A DNA stretch of 64,000 bases from Yuukianura sp. NJ FZ-2021 (taxonomy: Eukaryota), in NCBI GenBank assembly GCA_046563655.1, contig CM102286.1, forward strand, positions 10,044,001 through 10,108,000, in the 5' to 3' direction. Shown in pieces: positions 14,288-25,165 of this stretch. A program made the translations under genes and the position numbers. Position 1 is the stretch's first letter; each line of letters opens with the position of its first letter. Below the pieces are notes generated by a model. It was not told the origin of the DNA, did not search any database, and saw only the letters and a program-made list of their open reading frames with translations.

Positions 14288-14375
14288 ACATTGGAGCTAG
14301 TTTTTAAATAAAGAGCCAAAAAATACTTAGAGTCAACTTTTAGTTAGTTTTAATTTTTGCATTCAGCCTGGAACA

Positions 14376-14905
14376 ATGCCCAAGGTCCAGGATCGTTACA
14401 CAGACAGACATAACGTGTCTTCCTTCTCCGGTCTTCCAGACATTCTTGACCGTAAAGCCAATTTTGGAAATAAAACGGCAAAACAGATTCGCACAGAGAT
14501 GGAATCGATTGATAGTTGGTCCTTGCATCGCCAGGCAAGGAAGCGATTCCCACGTCGTCAGACTAGATCATTTTTTCCATCCTACGTATGGTCGCTGGAC
14601 TTTTTAGAACTGCAAAACTTGCCAGAGCAAACAAAAACATAAAGTACATTATGATTGTGGGTTGACACGTTTACCAAATTTGTTTGGTTTAGTTTTGTGA
14701 AAAACAAAACTACAGAATCAGTGGTAAAAGCCTTTTCTTTTATCTTGAATTAATCTCCCAGGAAGCCTAGGTGGGTTTTGAGTGACAGAGCAAAAGAAAT
14801 CATGTCCACCAAGTTTCAACTTCTTTTGACAAAAAATCAAATTCGCAACTATGTTGTGAGGACAACAGTAAAAGCAAGTCATGTTGAGCGTTTCATTCGT
14901 ACTTG
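14376..14905 (+). pseudogene. Polinton/Maverick retroviral-type (rve) integrase, frameshifted and truncated
   Basis: SFSG...SLHRQARKRFPRR...WSLDFLEL / KYIMIV..DTFTKFVW...KNKTTESVVKAF...PRWVLSDRAKE...KASHVERFIRT. All three D, D, E motifs are recognisable. Confidence 0.9.
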
Positions 14906-15277
14906 GTAGGCTGTTTCCCCCTCCCATCCTGATTCCACTAAAAATTTCCCCCACGTTAAGAGCGAAAAGTGAGGTAACCCGAAAGTAGACCTCAACGAGC
15001 CGTCGTCAATCACTCGCGTGGTCGAACGAAACGCATAAATTTGTGACTACAAAACAGGAAACTTTATTGCATTTTCACTTCATCCGCCAACCGCCTACGC
15101 TCCAGCAAGAACAAAATTTATGTAATAGCACAGCAATTTTAAATTGCCCTGAACAATTTTCTTGGGTTAGTCGATGTGCTTTAGTACTCTAAAATAACCA
15201 TTGGCATCAAAAACAGGGTATACAGAGAAAAGAAAAGTAATGTTCCGGTTTGGAGTGACGAAGTAATTGACAATAAA

Positions 15278-15856
15278 GTGAAAAGGCTTGGACAGGTTTT
15301 CAACGTAAAGCAGAACGATGTTTACAGGATCATTGAAGCCCGAGCGCAGAAAAATCTAAAGTGCTTCGAGTGTCGTGAGTATCGATATTTTGGATTCAAC
15401 TGCGCACGTTCTCTTACTCATCAGTTGAAATTTTATTGCTCAAATTTGGAAGGTTACAGTGTACAAGCACCCTTCGGCGATTTCATTCAAAATATAAAAA
15501 ATTTATTTTTCCCCCTCCCTCCGACCGTGATTCCTCTCCACTCTATTTACTATTGGGCAGTTTCCCGCCAATACTTGGATTTTCCCTGTGAGAGGGAAGT
15601 TTTGGAACTTTATCTGATTGGGCCGGATTGGAGTGAAAAGTTCAATTCCTGGCAGGAAGTTAAAGTGTACTTTCACCTGCTTGCAAAAATTGTTGCAGTC
15701 AAAAGTTCAAACTTTTTGTTGGACACTGAAAAGGGCGAGATTTTTTTCAGCGAACTGCATAACAAAAAAATAGTGCTAGTGCAGGACTTTTCGGGAAGTG
15801 GAGTTCGTTTTCCCGAACTCCAAATTTACAAAAAAGCTTCAGTGAGTGGGAGGTGA
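15278..15856 (+). CDS. Hypothetical protein (192 aa), possible Polinton accessory gene
   Basis: Uninterrupted ORF with a CxxC motif, lying between the integrase and RING remnants. No family recognised. Confidence 0.4.
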   Translation: MKRLGQVFNVKQNDVYRIIEARAQKNLKCFECREYRYFGFNCARSLTHQLKFYCSNLEGYSVQAPFGDFIQNIKNLFFPLPPTVIPLHSIYYWAVSRQYLDFPCEREVLELYLIGPDWSEKFNSWQEVKVYFHLLAKIVAVKSSNFLLDTEKGEIFFSELHNKKIVLVQDFSGSGVRFPELQIYKKASVSGR

Positions 15857-15918
15857 GATTGAGAGGCATTCCACCAGTAGACTGTGCAGTAACCCTAGCT
15901 CAAAATTTAAAAAGTTTA

Positions 15919-16315
15919 ATGGACAGCTCTTCAGCAACCAAAGAGGAAATTCATAACTCTGTTTCACTTGTGGAATCGCTTTCTTTTAGTGCTTCATTTG
16001 TCATCATTTAAAGGATACCAGCGGCTAGTTTTCCCACTCACCGAAAAGACGATGTCGACACTCAATTAAAGTCCTATTTGCGCGCCTCACGCGATCGGAA
16101 TAGAAATCTCCTAAAGGCATTTAGCAAAATGAGACAACAGCTAGAAGCAGTAGAAGAAGCCAACTCTTGTAAAATTTGTTTTGAAGAAAATACAGTGGAC
16201 ACCTATCCTCCCATGCCTTCACCTCGCCATATGCAGTAAGTGCATGAAAACACTTAACGACAAGTCTCCGATTTGCCAAACAAAAATCGCGGTTCAGTGA
16301 AAGTGTTTCGGTCCT
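15919..16315 (+). pseudogene. C3HC4 RING finger protein (IAP/MGRN-type RING), disrupted
   Basis: Reconstructed CKICFEENTVD..ILPCLHLAICSKCMKTLNDK(S)PICQTKI..VKVF across frameshifts. Confidence 0.7.
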
Positions 16316-17159
16316 AGGTTTCTTCTCTTCCTTCATTTGCTCCGAAACTTTTAGCAACTACTAAACAAACAGGCAGCTATATAAACTCGACATAAACTGC
16401 AGCTGAAGGTTAGTTTTCAAGTGAAAGTGAAACAAGCATCATCAATGGACCCTGCTCTTGTCATTTTGTTACTGTTTGGATTGAAGAATTGTCAAGGGCT
16501 TAGGTTTAGGTAACTCATTCTCTCTAGTTCTACATTTTCCTAAATTCTAAGTTTGGTTGAAGTTTGTTTTCGGCTTTAGGGCCGGGAGGGGTTAACGAAA
16601 TTACATATAATAAAAGAAGTAAACTACGCCTGTACAAATTGTACCTCCAAGGGCGTATATTTTTATCCGGCTGTACAGTCAAGGGGTGGATACAGTCACT
16701 TTTGCTCAGAACGACTAAAGTACCGGTAAGTTAAATGACTATTTAACCAAGTCCAGTTCCCATTTTTATTTCATTTCGTATCAAAGGTTTGGCCCAACAC
16801 TTTGATTACGGGATTTGCCTTTGGTCGTTGGGGGTGCGAGTTTCTGTATCAGGACACTATTAAAAGACCAACAATTTTCTCCTTGATACAATCCGACTCT
16901 TCGCTTATTGAATTGCTGGATAACCAGGAATTCATTGACGCCATCAAATCTGATCCAAGTGGACTTTCTCTCGTCCTCTATTACGGCATTTGTGAAAAGA
17001 ACTTTGAAAAAAATTCACTTGGCAATTAGAAACTGAGTGTTTCAACTAAGGTTTTTTATAATTAGGAATAGTTGCCGGACTCTTGTTTGGAACTACGATT
17101 GAAAACTCCACCCACATTGTCAGAAGATTGATCCAACGGCTCACCCAATCTCCGCCACA

Positions 17160-18588
17160 ATGAGCAACATGCCAAAGAGAACGTCAATTCGGCAAAGAAA
17201 GGTTAGGTTACGAGATCAGGTAAGTCGGCGTTCTTCGCTTCCTATTTTCTAAAAAATTAAATTCAATAATTATTTTTTAAATTAGACACTACTGTCACAA
17301 ATGTGGATCTACTGTAAATTCTCTACCGGACCACGATCCAAGATGTGTTCAAGCGGGAGGGGCCAACCCAGGCGGAAGTGACCTTGGCCCACCAAACATT
17401 GAGGGAACAGTCTTTAAGCAAGTCCAAACTACCCACCGGGGAGAACTGGTGTCTTTCATCTTCAAACCAACAAAATGCTCGCAGATTTAATTGAATCTGT
17501 CGAAGGTCCTTTTAAATTATTGATTGAGCAAAATTTGGCTCACTATGGAGCAATTAGAATCAAGTTGGTTCTGTTGCTCACTCTAGTCCAAGCTGGAACG
17601 CATGATAAACGCCAAGACGTTCTTACAAGCAGCACTTGGGTCTCTGTCGGCCACTGTTGGCGTCTGCTACTCCGGGGATTAGTTAGGTTAGGTAGAGATG
17701 CGGAGGTGAGCCGCGGGCGATTTGAGATATTGTGTGGTAAAGAGAGAGAGAGAGGAGAGAGATTTAGTTTTAGTAGTTTCAGTTCGGTTTTGGTCTCGCC
17801 TGAGACGGAGGTTTTGTTGTATATATTTTAGTCTGGACGAATAAATACATTTCATATATTTATCCGCCGATGTCGTTGTGAGCGGTGGTGATTGTTTGGG
17901 TGTCATTTGGGTCTGAGAGCCTGTGGGCTCACTGAAGTAGTCTGGTGTGGAGCGGCAGTGATTGCTCCAGTTGTGTTTTTCAGTTGTTTAGCGTCGTAGG
18001 GCGTTACACCACAAGTCATTTATAGAAAATTCCCTCATAACTTGCATTTCTTTTATAATTACAAACTTAAATTTCATGTGTCACACAAAGCCTGGCATGG
18101 CTGAAGATGGGATTGAGAGACTTTACGCTCTACTTGGCAGTTATATGGTTTCCAAGGGAAGAGGCTGTAACAATGAGCTTCCAAAACAACTAAAAAACAA
18201 AAGGGAAACTCTAAATCCTATAGCGCCACCTTCGCTTTGCTTTCATATGTGTATCATGATGCAAATTTCGGCACAATTTGTTAGCAGCTGGAAAAAGAAA
18301 TTTAACGTTTAAGGTTCGGCAAAAGTCAAAGGAACGTAGAGTGGAACAAGAATGGAAAACAAGGGAAAAGTCAAAGTTTTCAAACTACAGACGCTGATGA
18401 ATTTCAATGGACTTAACATAAACGACAGACGACAGCGGAGTAAGCCTGCTCGACTTGGACTTGTTTAAAAAAAATACTCCAGAATATTCCGTCACAGTAT
18501 ACAGGTTAGGGCTGCAAAGACAAATTCAAATTAATAGGCATACACAGTAGCCGTGTTCAAAAACATTAACATTTTTAAATGCTGCCTT
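17160..18588 (+). pseudogene. N-terminal region of Polinton protein-primed DNA polymerase B, interrupted by LTRs
   Basis: CHKC..H...C finger followed by QAGG. GCNNELPKQLKNKRETLNP....LCFHMCI matches the G..YI.LP..I.NK.A.IN..N....CF..CI motif. Then MNFNGL and LDLFKKNTPEYSVTVY. Confidence 0.7.
17645..18013. mobile_element. Probable solo LTR, family B (copy 2), inserted in the pPolB remnant
   Basis: TG...CA ends with TATATA and AATAAA inside. Splits the pPolB-like reading. No clean TSD. Confidence 0.55.
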
Positions 18589-19715
18589 TGTAACGTCGGA
18601 TTTTGAATCATCCCAGATTTCGTAAATTTCGGGATGAGTCAAAATCGGACTAATGTTAATTAAGCAAAATTAGAGATTAGAAGACGAGTATGCAAATTGA
18701 TAAAGTCACTTTTGCAAAGATTTATGGGAAATGATCTTTGCAACTTACAGATAGGAAAAAGGCTGACACAACAAAGTAACTTGCTCAACAAGTTCTACAT
18801 TTGTTGAACATGGGGAATCAGCCTGTCAACGAATGATTCCAATGCAAACTAACAAGTTGTCAATTTGCATACGATTGCAACTTTGTCTGATATCAGACAT
18901 TAATGACTGAATTGGATCATAAATCCTGGTCATTAACGTCTGATCACGGACTTGAGTCCCAAGGGTGTTGCCAAGGGTGGTCAAACCTTGAGGATAGCGT
19001 GGGTCAAGATCTAGGTTATAAATACTAGTGGAAATTATATAGAAATTAAGTCAATCTTGAATTAGGTTTCTTGCTAGAGACTTTGTAAAGTCATTCTTAA
19101 GTTCGCTATTTGCTCAGAAGTAGTCTAAGAAAGTCAATCTTAAATTCGCTTTCTTGTTAGGAACTATGTAAAGTCATTTTCAAATTAGCTTTTCTTCAAA
19201 CTCTGTTGGGAAGAACTTTCTCTAGAGGTTAAGTCTCACTCTTCACTTTATTGGGGAAATAAACTCTAAAAATCCAACCCTCCGCCGTTGCTGCGCTCTT
19301 GCTGAACTCCGTTGACTGCCAAGAGTCCACCCGTAGCTGAAGAGGTAATTGAAACAATTACTCTATTGTTTAAGGGAGCTAGGTTTGGACTTATTTCATT
19401 TAGACAGTATCTTGGGCAGTTAGGACTGGTGGTGGGGCTGGTGGGACCAGGCCCCACCTGAGGTTAATGGCGAGCAGTCATGGAGAAACAGGTGGATTAG
19501 GTAGGCTAGGTTCCATCCTATTCTTGATCTCAAAATCAGTCCAGCTAGTCTTAAGGGCCCGGGAGGGTCAAAAGGTCACGAGGGGTGAGCGGGTGTTAGA
19601 CCCGCAGAGGCCTGGGGGCCTCGGCTATTGGTAATTTTCAGAGAATTACCAGTAGTTTTCATTAGAGCAAAGGTTTTTCTAAATGTTTAGAGATTCGAAG
19701 ATTCACCCCGTTTCA
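18589..19715 (+). mobile_element. 5' LTR, family A (copy 3)
   Basis: TGTAAC...GTTTCA, colinear with copy 2, followed directly by a PBS. Contains a ~40-bp unit repeated about four times at ~19048-19195. Confidence 0.85.
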
Positions 19716-19716
19716 A

Positions 19717-19734
19717 TGGAGGTTCTACTGAGAT
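19717..19734 (+). promoter_or_regulatory. Primer binding site complementary to the tRNA-Gln 3' end
   Basis: TGGAGGTTCTACTGAGAT vs the expected TGGAGGTTCCACCGAGAT (two C>T changes), 1 nt after the LTR. Confidence 0.8.
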
Positions 19735-21251
19735 CCTCCTGTACAGCCCTTAAGGCTTCCAGAAAGGTCAGTAGGTAGGTCACAGAGGTCAGGATAATAT
19801 GTAGGACACATTTTTAACAGAAAATCCGTCCAGTTGAAATGGCGCGAAAATTCAAATTTTTCAAATTTTGAAAAACTCATAAGTAGAGTGTATGAGGGTA
19901 TTAAGTCCTAAATTCAAAGTAGAGTGCTAAGGGGTATGTTCGCATATTCTCAATTGAACTTTTGAACTTTTAACTCTGTTATTAATTCTTATCAGAGCAA
20001 TAACGATCAGTTTGCCCAATTCTCATTTCAACTCATTTTATGTTACTCATTTTTATAAAACCAAAAAGTTTCATTTCTTATTTCACTCATTTTCCAAAAT
20101 AAAAGTAGAAATCAATCAAAACTTTAACGGAAACACTAATGCAAAATAATTTACGTTACATTAATCCAGATCAATTAAACTGAGAAAAACGCCCCGGAGA
20201 ATTCTAAAAACATTAACGAATTTGATCAAAGTTGCAAGCACTCTTTTCGGAAATATAACGTAACGTTTATTAACGGCCCTTGCTGACCGTAGAAATGGCA
20301 CCTATTGACCTATTGTCCTAAGAAGTTGACACATGATCTCATTCTCATTCATTTAACCCAAAGACTGGAAGATAGAGTAAATAGAGTTGTTGGAAGAGAT
20401 TTCCAACCTGATTAAAGTGACTAGAATCTGAACCAAAGTTCAAAAGTTTATCAAGAAGCAAGGAGAAGCTCTTGTAAAGAAATAGCAATAATTTAAGATT
20501 GACTTCTTCACACGGAAGGGTAGCCCCTGTGAATATGAGTACTGTTCAAGAAATACAGCTGGATGTCCGAGTCCATGTAAGGACTTGATCGATCCCGTCT
20601 GTAGGGACAAGTCAGGGTCATGAGGTAGGCCCTTAGCAACTGGTGTATGTTTTGACCGGGGCTATGGTTTGTGGCGAGAATGCCCCATAGCTGCTCTTAT
20701 CGGTTGGACAATCCGAACGCTTATGGATGCTGGAGTCATGACCAGCAGAAGTTTGTAATTAGGTAGGACAATAGCTGAAATTCTGAAGACAGGATACCAC
20801 GGTGAGCTCCAAGGTGGCGAAGGTTCCGCCTGGACCAACGAGCTCAGCATAGTTAAGAAGAGGAAAGGTCAAGTCTCCGTAGATGTTCCTAAAACGAATA
20901 CCGGTGCAAAGGGACTAAGGTACCATAGTCCCTCTAGAAACGGCTCAACTTTTTCTTTAAAAATTTTACCAAGAATCTCAGTCCATGGAGCACCATGCCC
21001 AGACCTCGCCAGTCTGATAGGCAATTTCATAGTGATGACGTCGAAGGTTTCGACACAAACACCCCATGCTCATGGAAGGGAGCATCGTTACCTCTGAAAG
21101 TTTGGACTGAGAGGGAACCGAGCCTACTACGAGACATCTTGCTAGGGGTGCTGGGAATCTAGAGCTAAGCAGGTTCCATTTCTTCATGAATTGAAGAAGG
21201 AGTATTAACTCCATACAAACCCTTCCAGGAGAAGGAGATAGGAGCGACGAC

Positions 21252-22118
21252 ATGACTCTATACTTTTTACGTTTGATGACGCTGATGCTGATGGCCGAAG
21301 CATCCGTACTCACCAGGGAGGAAGTCGGTGCCATCCGCTGCTGGGAAGAAGATCCTGCAGACACTTTGAGGACTAAGCGTCACGTATCCAACCCAAGGAT
21401 GTGGTCCACGTTTCAGTTAGGATGGACCCTACAGGATGTACCCTTAATGGAATTTCTCGGACAAGAGCGTTGCGAGCCTATACAGATTACATTATTTTCC
21501 CATGACATTGAGGACCGCGTTATAAAACGAGGTCAGGGAATTGCCGAAATTGTTTGTCAAAATTATCAGGAATTTGGGTTTGAGGAAGTTCGGGAACTTC
21601 CAAGGACAAAAGAAATTGTCCCACGTCCAACATGTGCTGAGAAGGTTTGGTTTGGGATAATCAAATCTAATATCCTCATCATTCCTTCTTGTTCACGCAC
21701 TAGAAAATCTTTTACCCCAAGGCCAATCGACTTCGGCCAAAGCAAACATATAATTTTCCCAGAAGGACAAGTATTTCCAATTTTGGAGTACATCGAGAAA
21801 TTAGGAGATCGGAGACAAAGCCAAATCGCGATCAGGAAAAACCTTTTCACACAATTAAATACCAAAGACATCGAGGACATTTGCCTACACTATCAAATAT
21901 ATCCGCCTAGTTATCATTTCAAATACAAGGATATGATTTGTATTGACTTACTTGAGTGTGAGGCTAAATCATCGTTTCGATTATTAACCAAGACACTGGA
22001 AGGTTATCGGAATCATGGTTTACCAATTCGAGAAGAATTGATCAGCCATGTTAGAAATAAATCCAGAGAGGATTACGAACAACGTCCTCGAAGTAATCTG
22101 TTCCCGCAGAACTACTAA
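21252..22118 (+). CDS. Putative secreted protein (288 aa) in the internal region of the family-A LTR element
   Basis: Intact ORF with a hydrophobic N-terminus ending AEA-S, an RTKR furin-like site, several Cys residues and no C-terminal TM segment. Confidence 0.55.
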   Translation: MTLYFLRLMTLMLMAEASVLTREEVGAIRCWEEDPADTLRTKRHVSNPRMWSTFQLGWTLQDVPLMEFLGQERCEPIQITLFSHDIEDRVIKRGQGIAEIVCQNYQEFGFEEVRELPRTKEIVPRPTCAEKVWFGIIKSNILIIPSCSRTRKSFTPRPIDFGQSKHIIFPEGQVFPILEYIEKLGDRRQSQIAIRKNLFTQLNTKDIEDICLHYQIYPPSYHFKYKDMICIDLLECEAKSSFRLLTKTLEGYRNHGLPIREELISHVRNKSREDYEQRPRSNLFPQNY

Positions 22119-24272
22119 ATCACTCAGAAATATGTCATAAGAATAGTTTACCAGAACTTGTAATCATAAGTACATAATTTCCTGTCAATGTTAATCATTA
22201 AAATTAATGATAATTCGTATAAACATACTTAAGCAAAGCATATGAGATAGAGTAGAGGAATGAAGAACCGACACATCAAGGTACAATTCTGAAATATTAT
22301 TGCCGAATTCCAATCCGTCAAACCAGGAGAAAACCAATTTGCAACATCATCGTCCTATTGGACACTGGAGTACCAAAACCAAATATTCAGAAGTTTGGCT
22401 GATCATATACAGGTGACATCAACACGAACTCGAATAAGTTTGGAATGCCGTGCACGGTCAAAAACTCAAAAGGGTTTCAAACCCTTTTGAAAACCTCCAG
22501 TTTTATCCTTGTTGGATTTTCACGAGAAAGTGTAAATGTTATTTTACTTTGGTGGAATTTTTTTGATTTTGTTTAATTTGTTGTAAAGTACCTATCGAAC
22601 CCTGATACGGTAAAAAAACAAAGAAAAACAAAACAAAAATACACTCCTAAATTTTATTTCAAAATTTTGCAAAAGAGATTTTTTAAGCAAATTATTTTAA
22701 TCAGAATGAGTTGCTACATTAATTTCAGGGTGCTGAACATGAATTTCAATTTCCTCATGCTTATTTAATCCTTCCAACCTTTTTCCTTGTTATCCTAAAA
22801 TACAGTGGATTTCAGGTGGTTGAGACAAGAGGGGGTGGGGGGGGGCAAAATTAATTGTTAATTCCTATTGGTATTGATTCTAGGAAAGTGCTGCTTCTGG
22901 AATTGGTGTTAAACAACCTAGGAGTCCTGGTTAATTAAAAAAATTGTAACCTCTGCTTCTGCTTCTGTATTGCCTGATATACCTGTGCACTGGAAAATCT
23001 ACAATTCTATAGTAACTTCCGTCTATTGGTTCCTTCATTTTGTTCTTTCATGATTATTTTAATTGAAATATGGTTTGACCATAGGTGCACGATGTCGTGT
23101 CCGCCCGGTTCGCTGTAAAAAGCGACACTTGAAGCCAGTGATCCTTGGGTCTACCCGCGCATGCTTTGTGCAGCTTAGAGATTCGTTTGGAACATACTGA
23201 ATGACGTTTACCCACAATACGAGTTCCGAGCCACTGCTTTACTTCTGGGCAAGCGGTTTCAAGAGAAAGTGAAAAGGAAAATATCATTTTTCCTGGAGGA
23301 TTTAATCCAAGTACCTCTAGACTTTAATGTGTAACAAGTAAGATCCTATAGAGATGCTTTCATATTGTTTTTCTTGAAATAAGGTTTTGAAGAAGGGAGT
23401 GAAGGTAAGGAAAAAGTTACTACTCAGCTTCGAGTTTAACTGCAATTTGATTAGTGGAAACGTGGACGTTATAGCTTCCCGAGGCGGACGAGGGATTTGG
23501 AGACTACCCTGGCGGGATCCAGGAAGAGGAGCTGGCTTCGGTTCTGACCTCATGGGTACGTTTTTCCTTTTAGCGCAAGTTAGGCGGGTAGTTGTGGTTT
23601 TCCTGTTTATGAAGGGTTAACCTTTTCACTTAAAGTCACTCCCGCTATTATTTTAATATTTTTTCGCTAAATTTTCCAGGCCAAGTGTTCTGGCGTTAGC
23701 GTCAGAATTATTTTCTCTTTAATTTCACCTAAACTTTAGAACTAAAATTAGAATTAAACCTAGAGTGACTGAGATGAGATGAGACTCACTCAGCACTAGA
23801 AGAGAGTAATAGTACACCCATAGTGGGAAAGTAAAGGGTTAAGTGAGAAGATAGCGTTAAGTCCACTCTCAATTTCAATGTATGTTAACGCTCTTCCCAA
23901 AACTCAACACTCTCTCTCTCTCAAGTCAACACTTCTCCTATAGCTCTTAAGTTTAGTATTAAGAAGTGGAAAGAGCAGGAGCTCAGTCATGCGTATTACT
24001 TGCTCCGCCTATACCTCCACGTCAGCTCCACGTCTTTAGCCATAGCATAGCATAGAATACATACACAATTCAACGGTTAACAATTCAATTCAACTTACTA
24101 CTAGAATCTTCTCTGAATTCAATCTTTTGAGTATCTCAACTTTCAATTAATTGTTTCTTTTCATTAATAAGTATTTAATTAAACTAATTGGCTTTATTTG
24201 ACATTACTGGATTGGTTTCATCATCATTCACGTCATTTCAAATTCATTCTCACTTGAATTCTGCACATCTTA

Positions 24273-25165
24273 TGGCCGCGATAAACTACACCAAGGAAAC
24301 CTTAATGGTCTGTGCAATGATTGAAAGACCCTGGAAAAAGCGACACAGCCTCAGGTGGGTTGATTTCGCTTGTGATGTCGACAACCACTCTCGTGACCCT
24401 CAGCATTACCTTATACCAAAAGACTGGATTGGAGAGATCCGGTTCCGAATGGTCGAACAATTCCAGAATGCCATTACCAATTGCCTTTTCTACGGGAAGC
24501 GAACATAATGGTCCAGCCTGGAGCGTAATGTCATTGAGGTGCTACGTGTCATTGCGCAGTTGTCTAGGGACACGTTGACGCTCAATCTGGGATTTCCAGA
24601 AGAAGGTCCCAAAGTTGCGACACATCGCTGGACTTATAGAAATGAGCTTTGTTCCCACTCAAAAGGAGGTTGTGACTTCCTGAGTCGCTATTCTTGGTAT
24701 CCTCGAGAGGGTGTAAGGCAATTTGCGACTTATATAACTGATCTCATTATTTTATTCTAGGCTTTCTTCGAATTCTTATACTTTTTCCTATTTTCAGCGT
24801 GACTCAGCTTTTCTAACTTTGTGTCTGGAGGCACAACCCTGGAAGCACAACCCTGGACCTGCTTGGATGCCGTTCATTTTTCGTCTCTTCCGAAGATCCT
24901 CGGCACGAGAGGTGACGGATTGTGCCTACCGAGAGGTATACAAGAGGTTCAAGAGTACATTGTGGAATGCATCTTGCGCTTCATTGAGGATCGTGTGCTC
25001 GATTCTGGCAACGCCACCCCTTGGGGTGCACTGGATGACCTTATATTTGTAATACTTCAACAGATTGTTGTTATCCAGGAGCCTTTAGCTCCCCACGCTA
25101 ATCGACCTATGGATGATGGACCAAGAAGGGCAAGAGGAAGGGCGATCCGTCCAGTTGGCCCCTGA
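24273..25165 (+). pseudogene. Unknown-family protein, paralog 2 (spliced, frameshifted)
   Basis: ...SRYSWYPREG, phase-0 intron 24713-24797, then RDSAFLTLCLEAQPWKHNPGPAWMPF...ECILRFIE. About two frameshifts. Confidence 0.55.
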
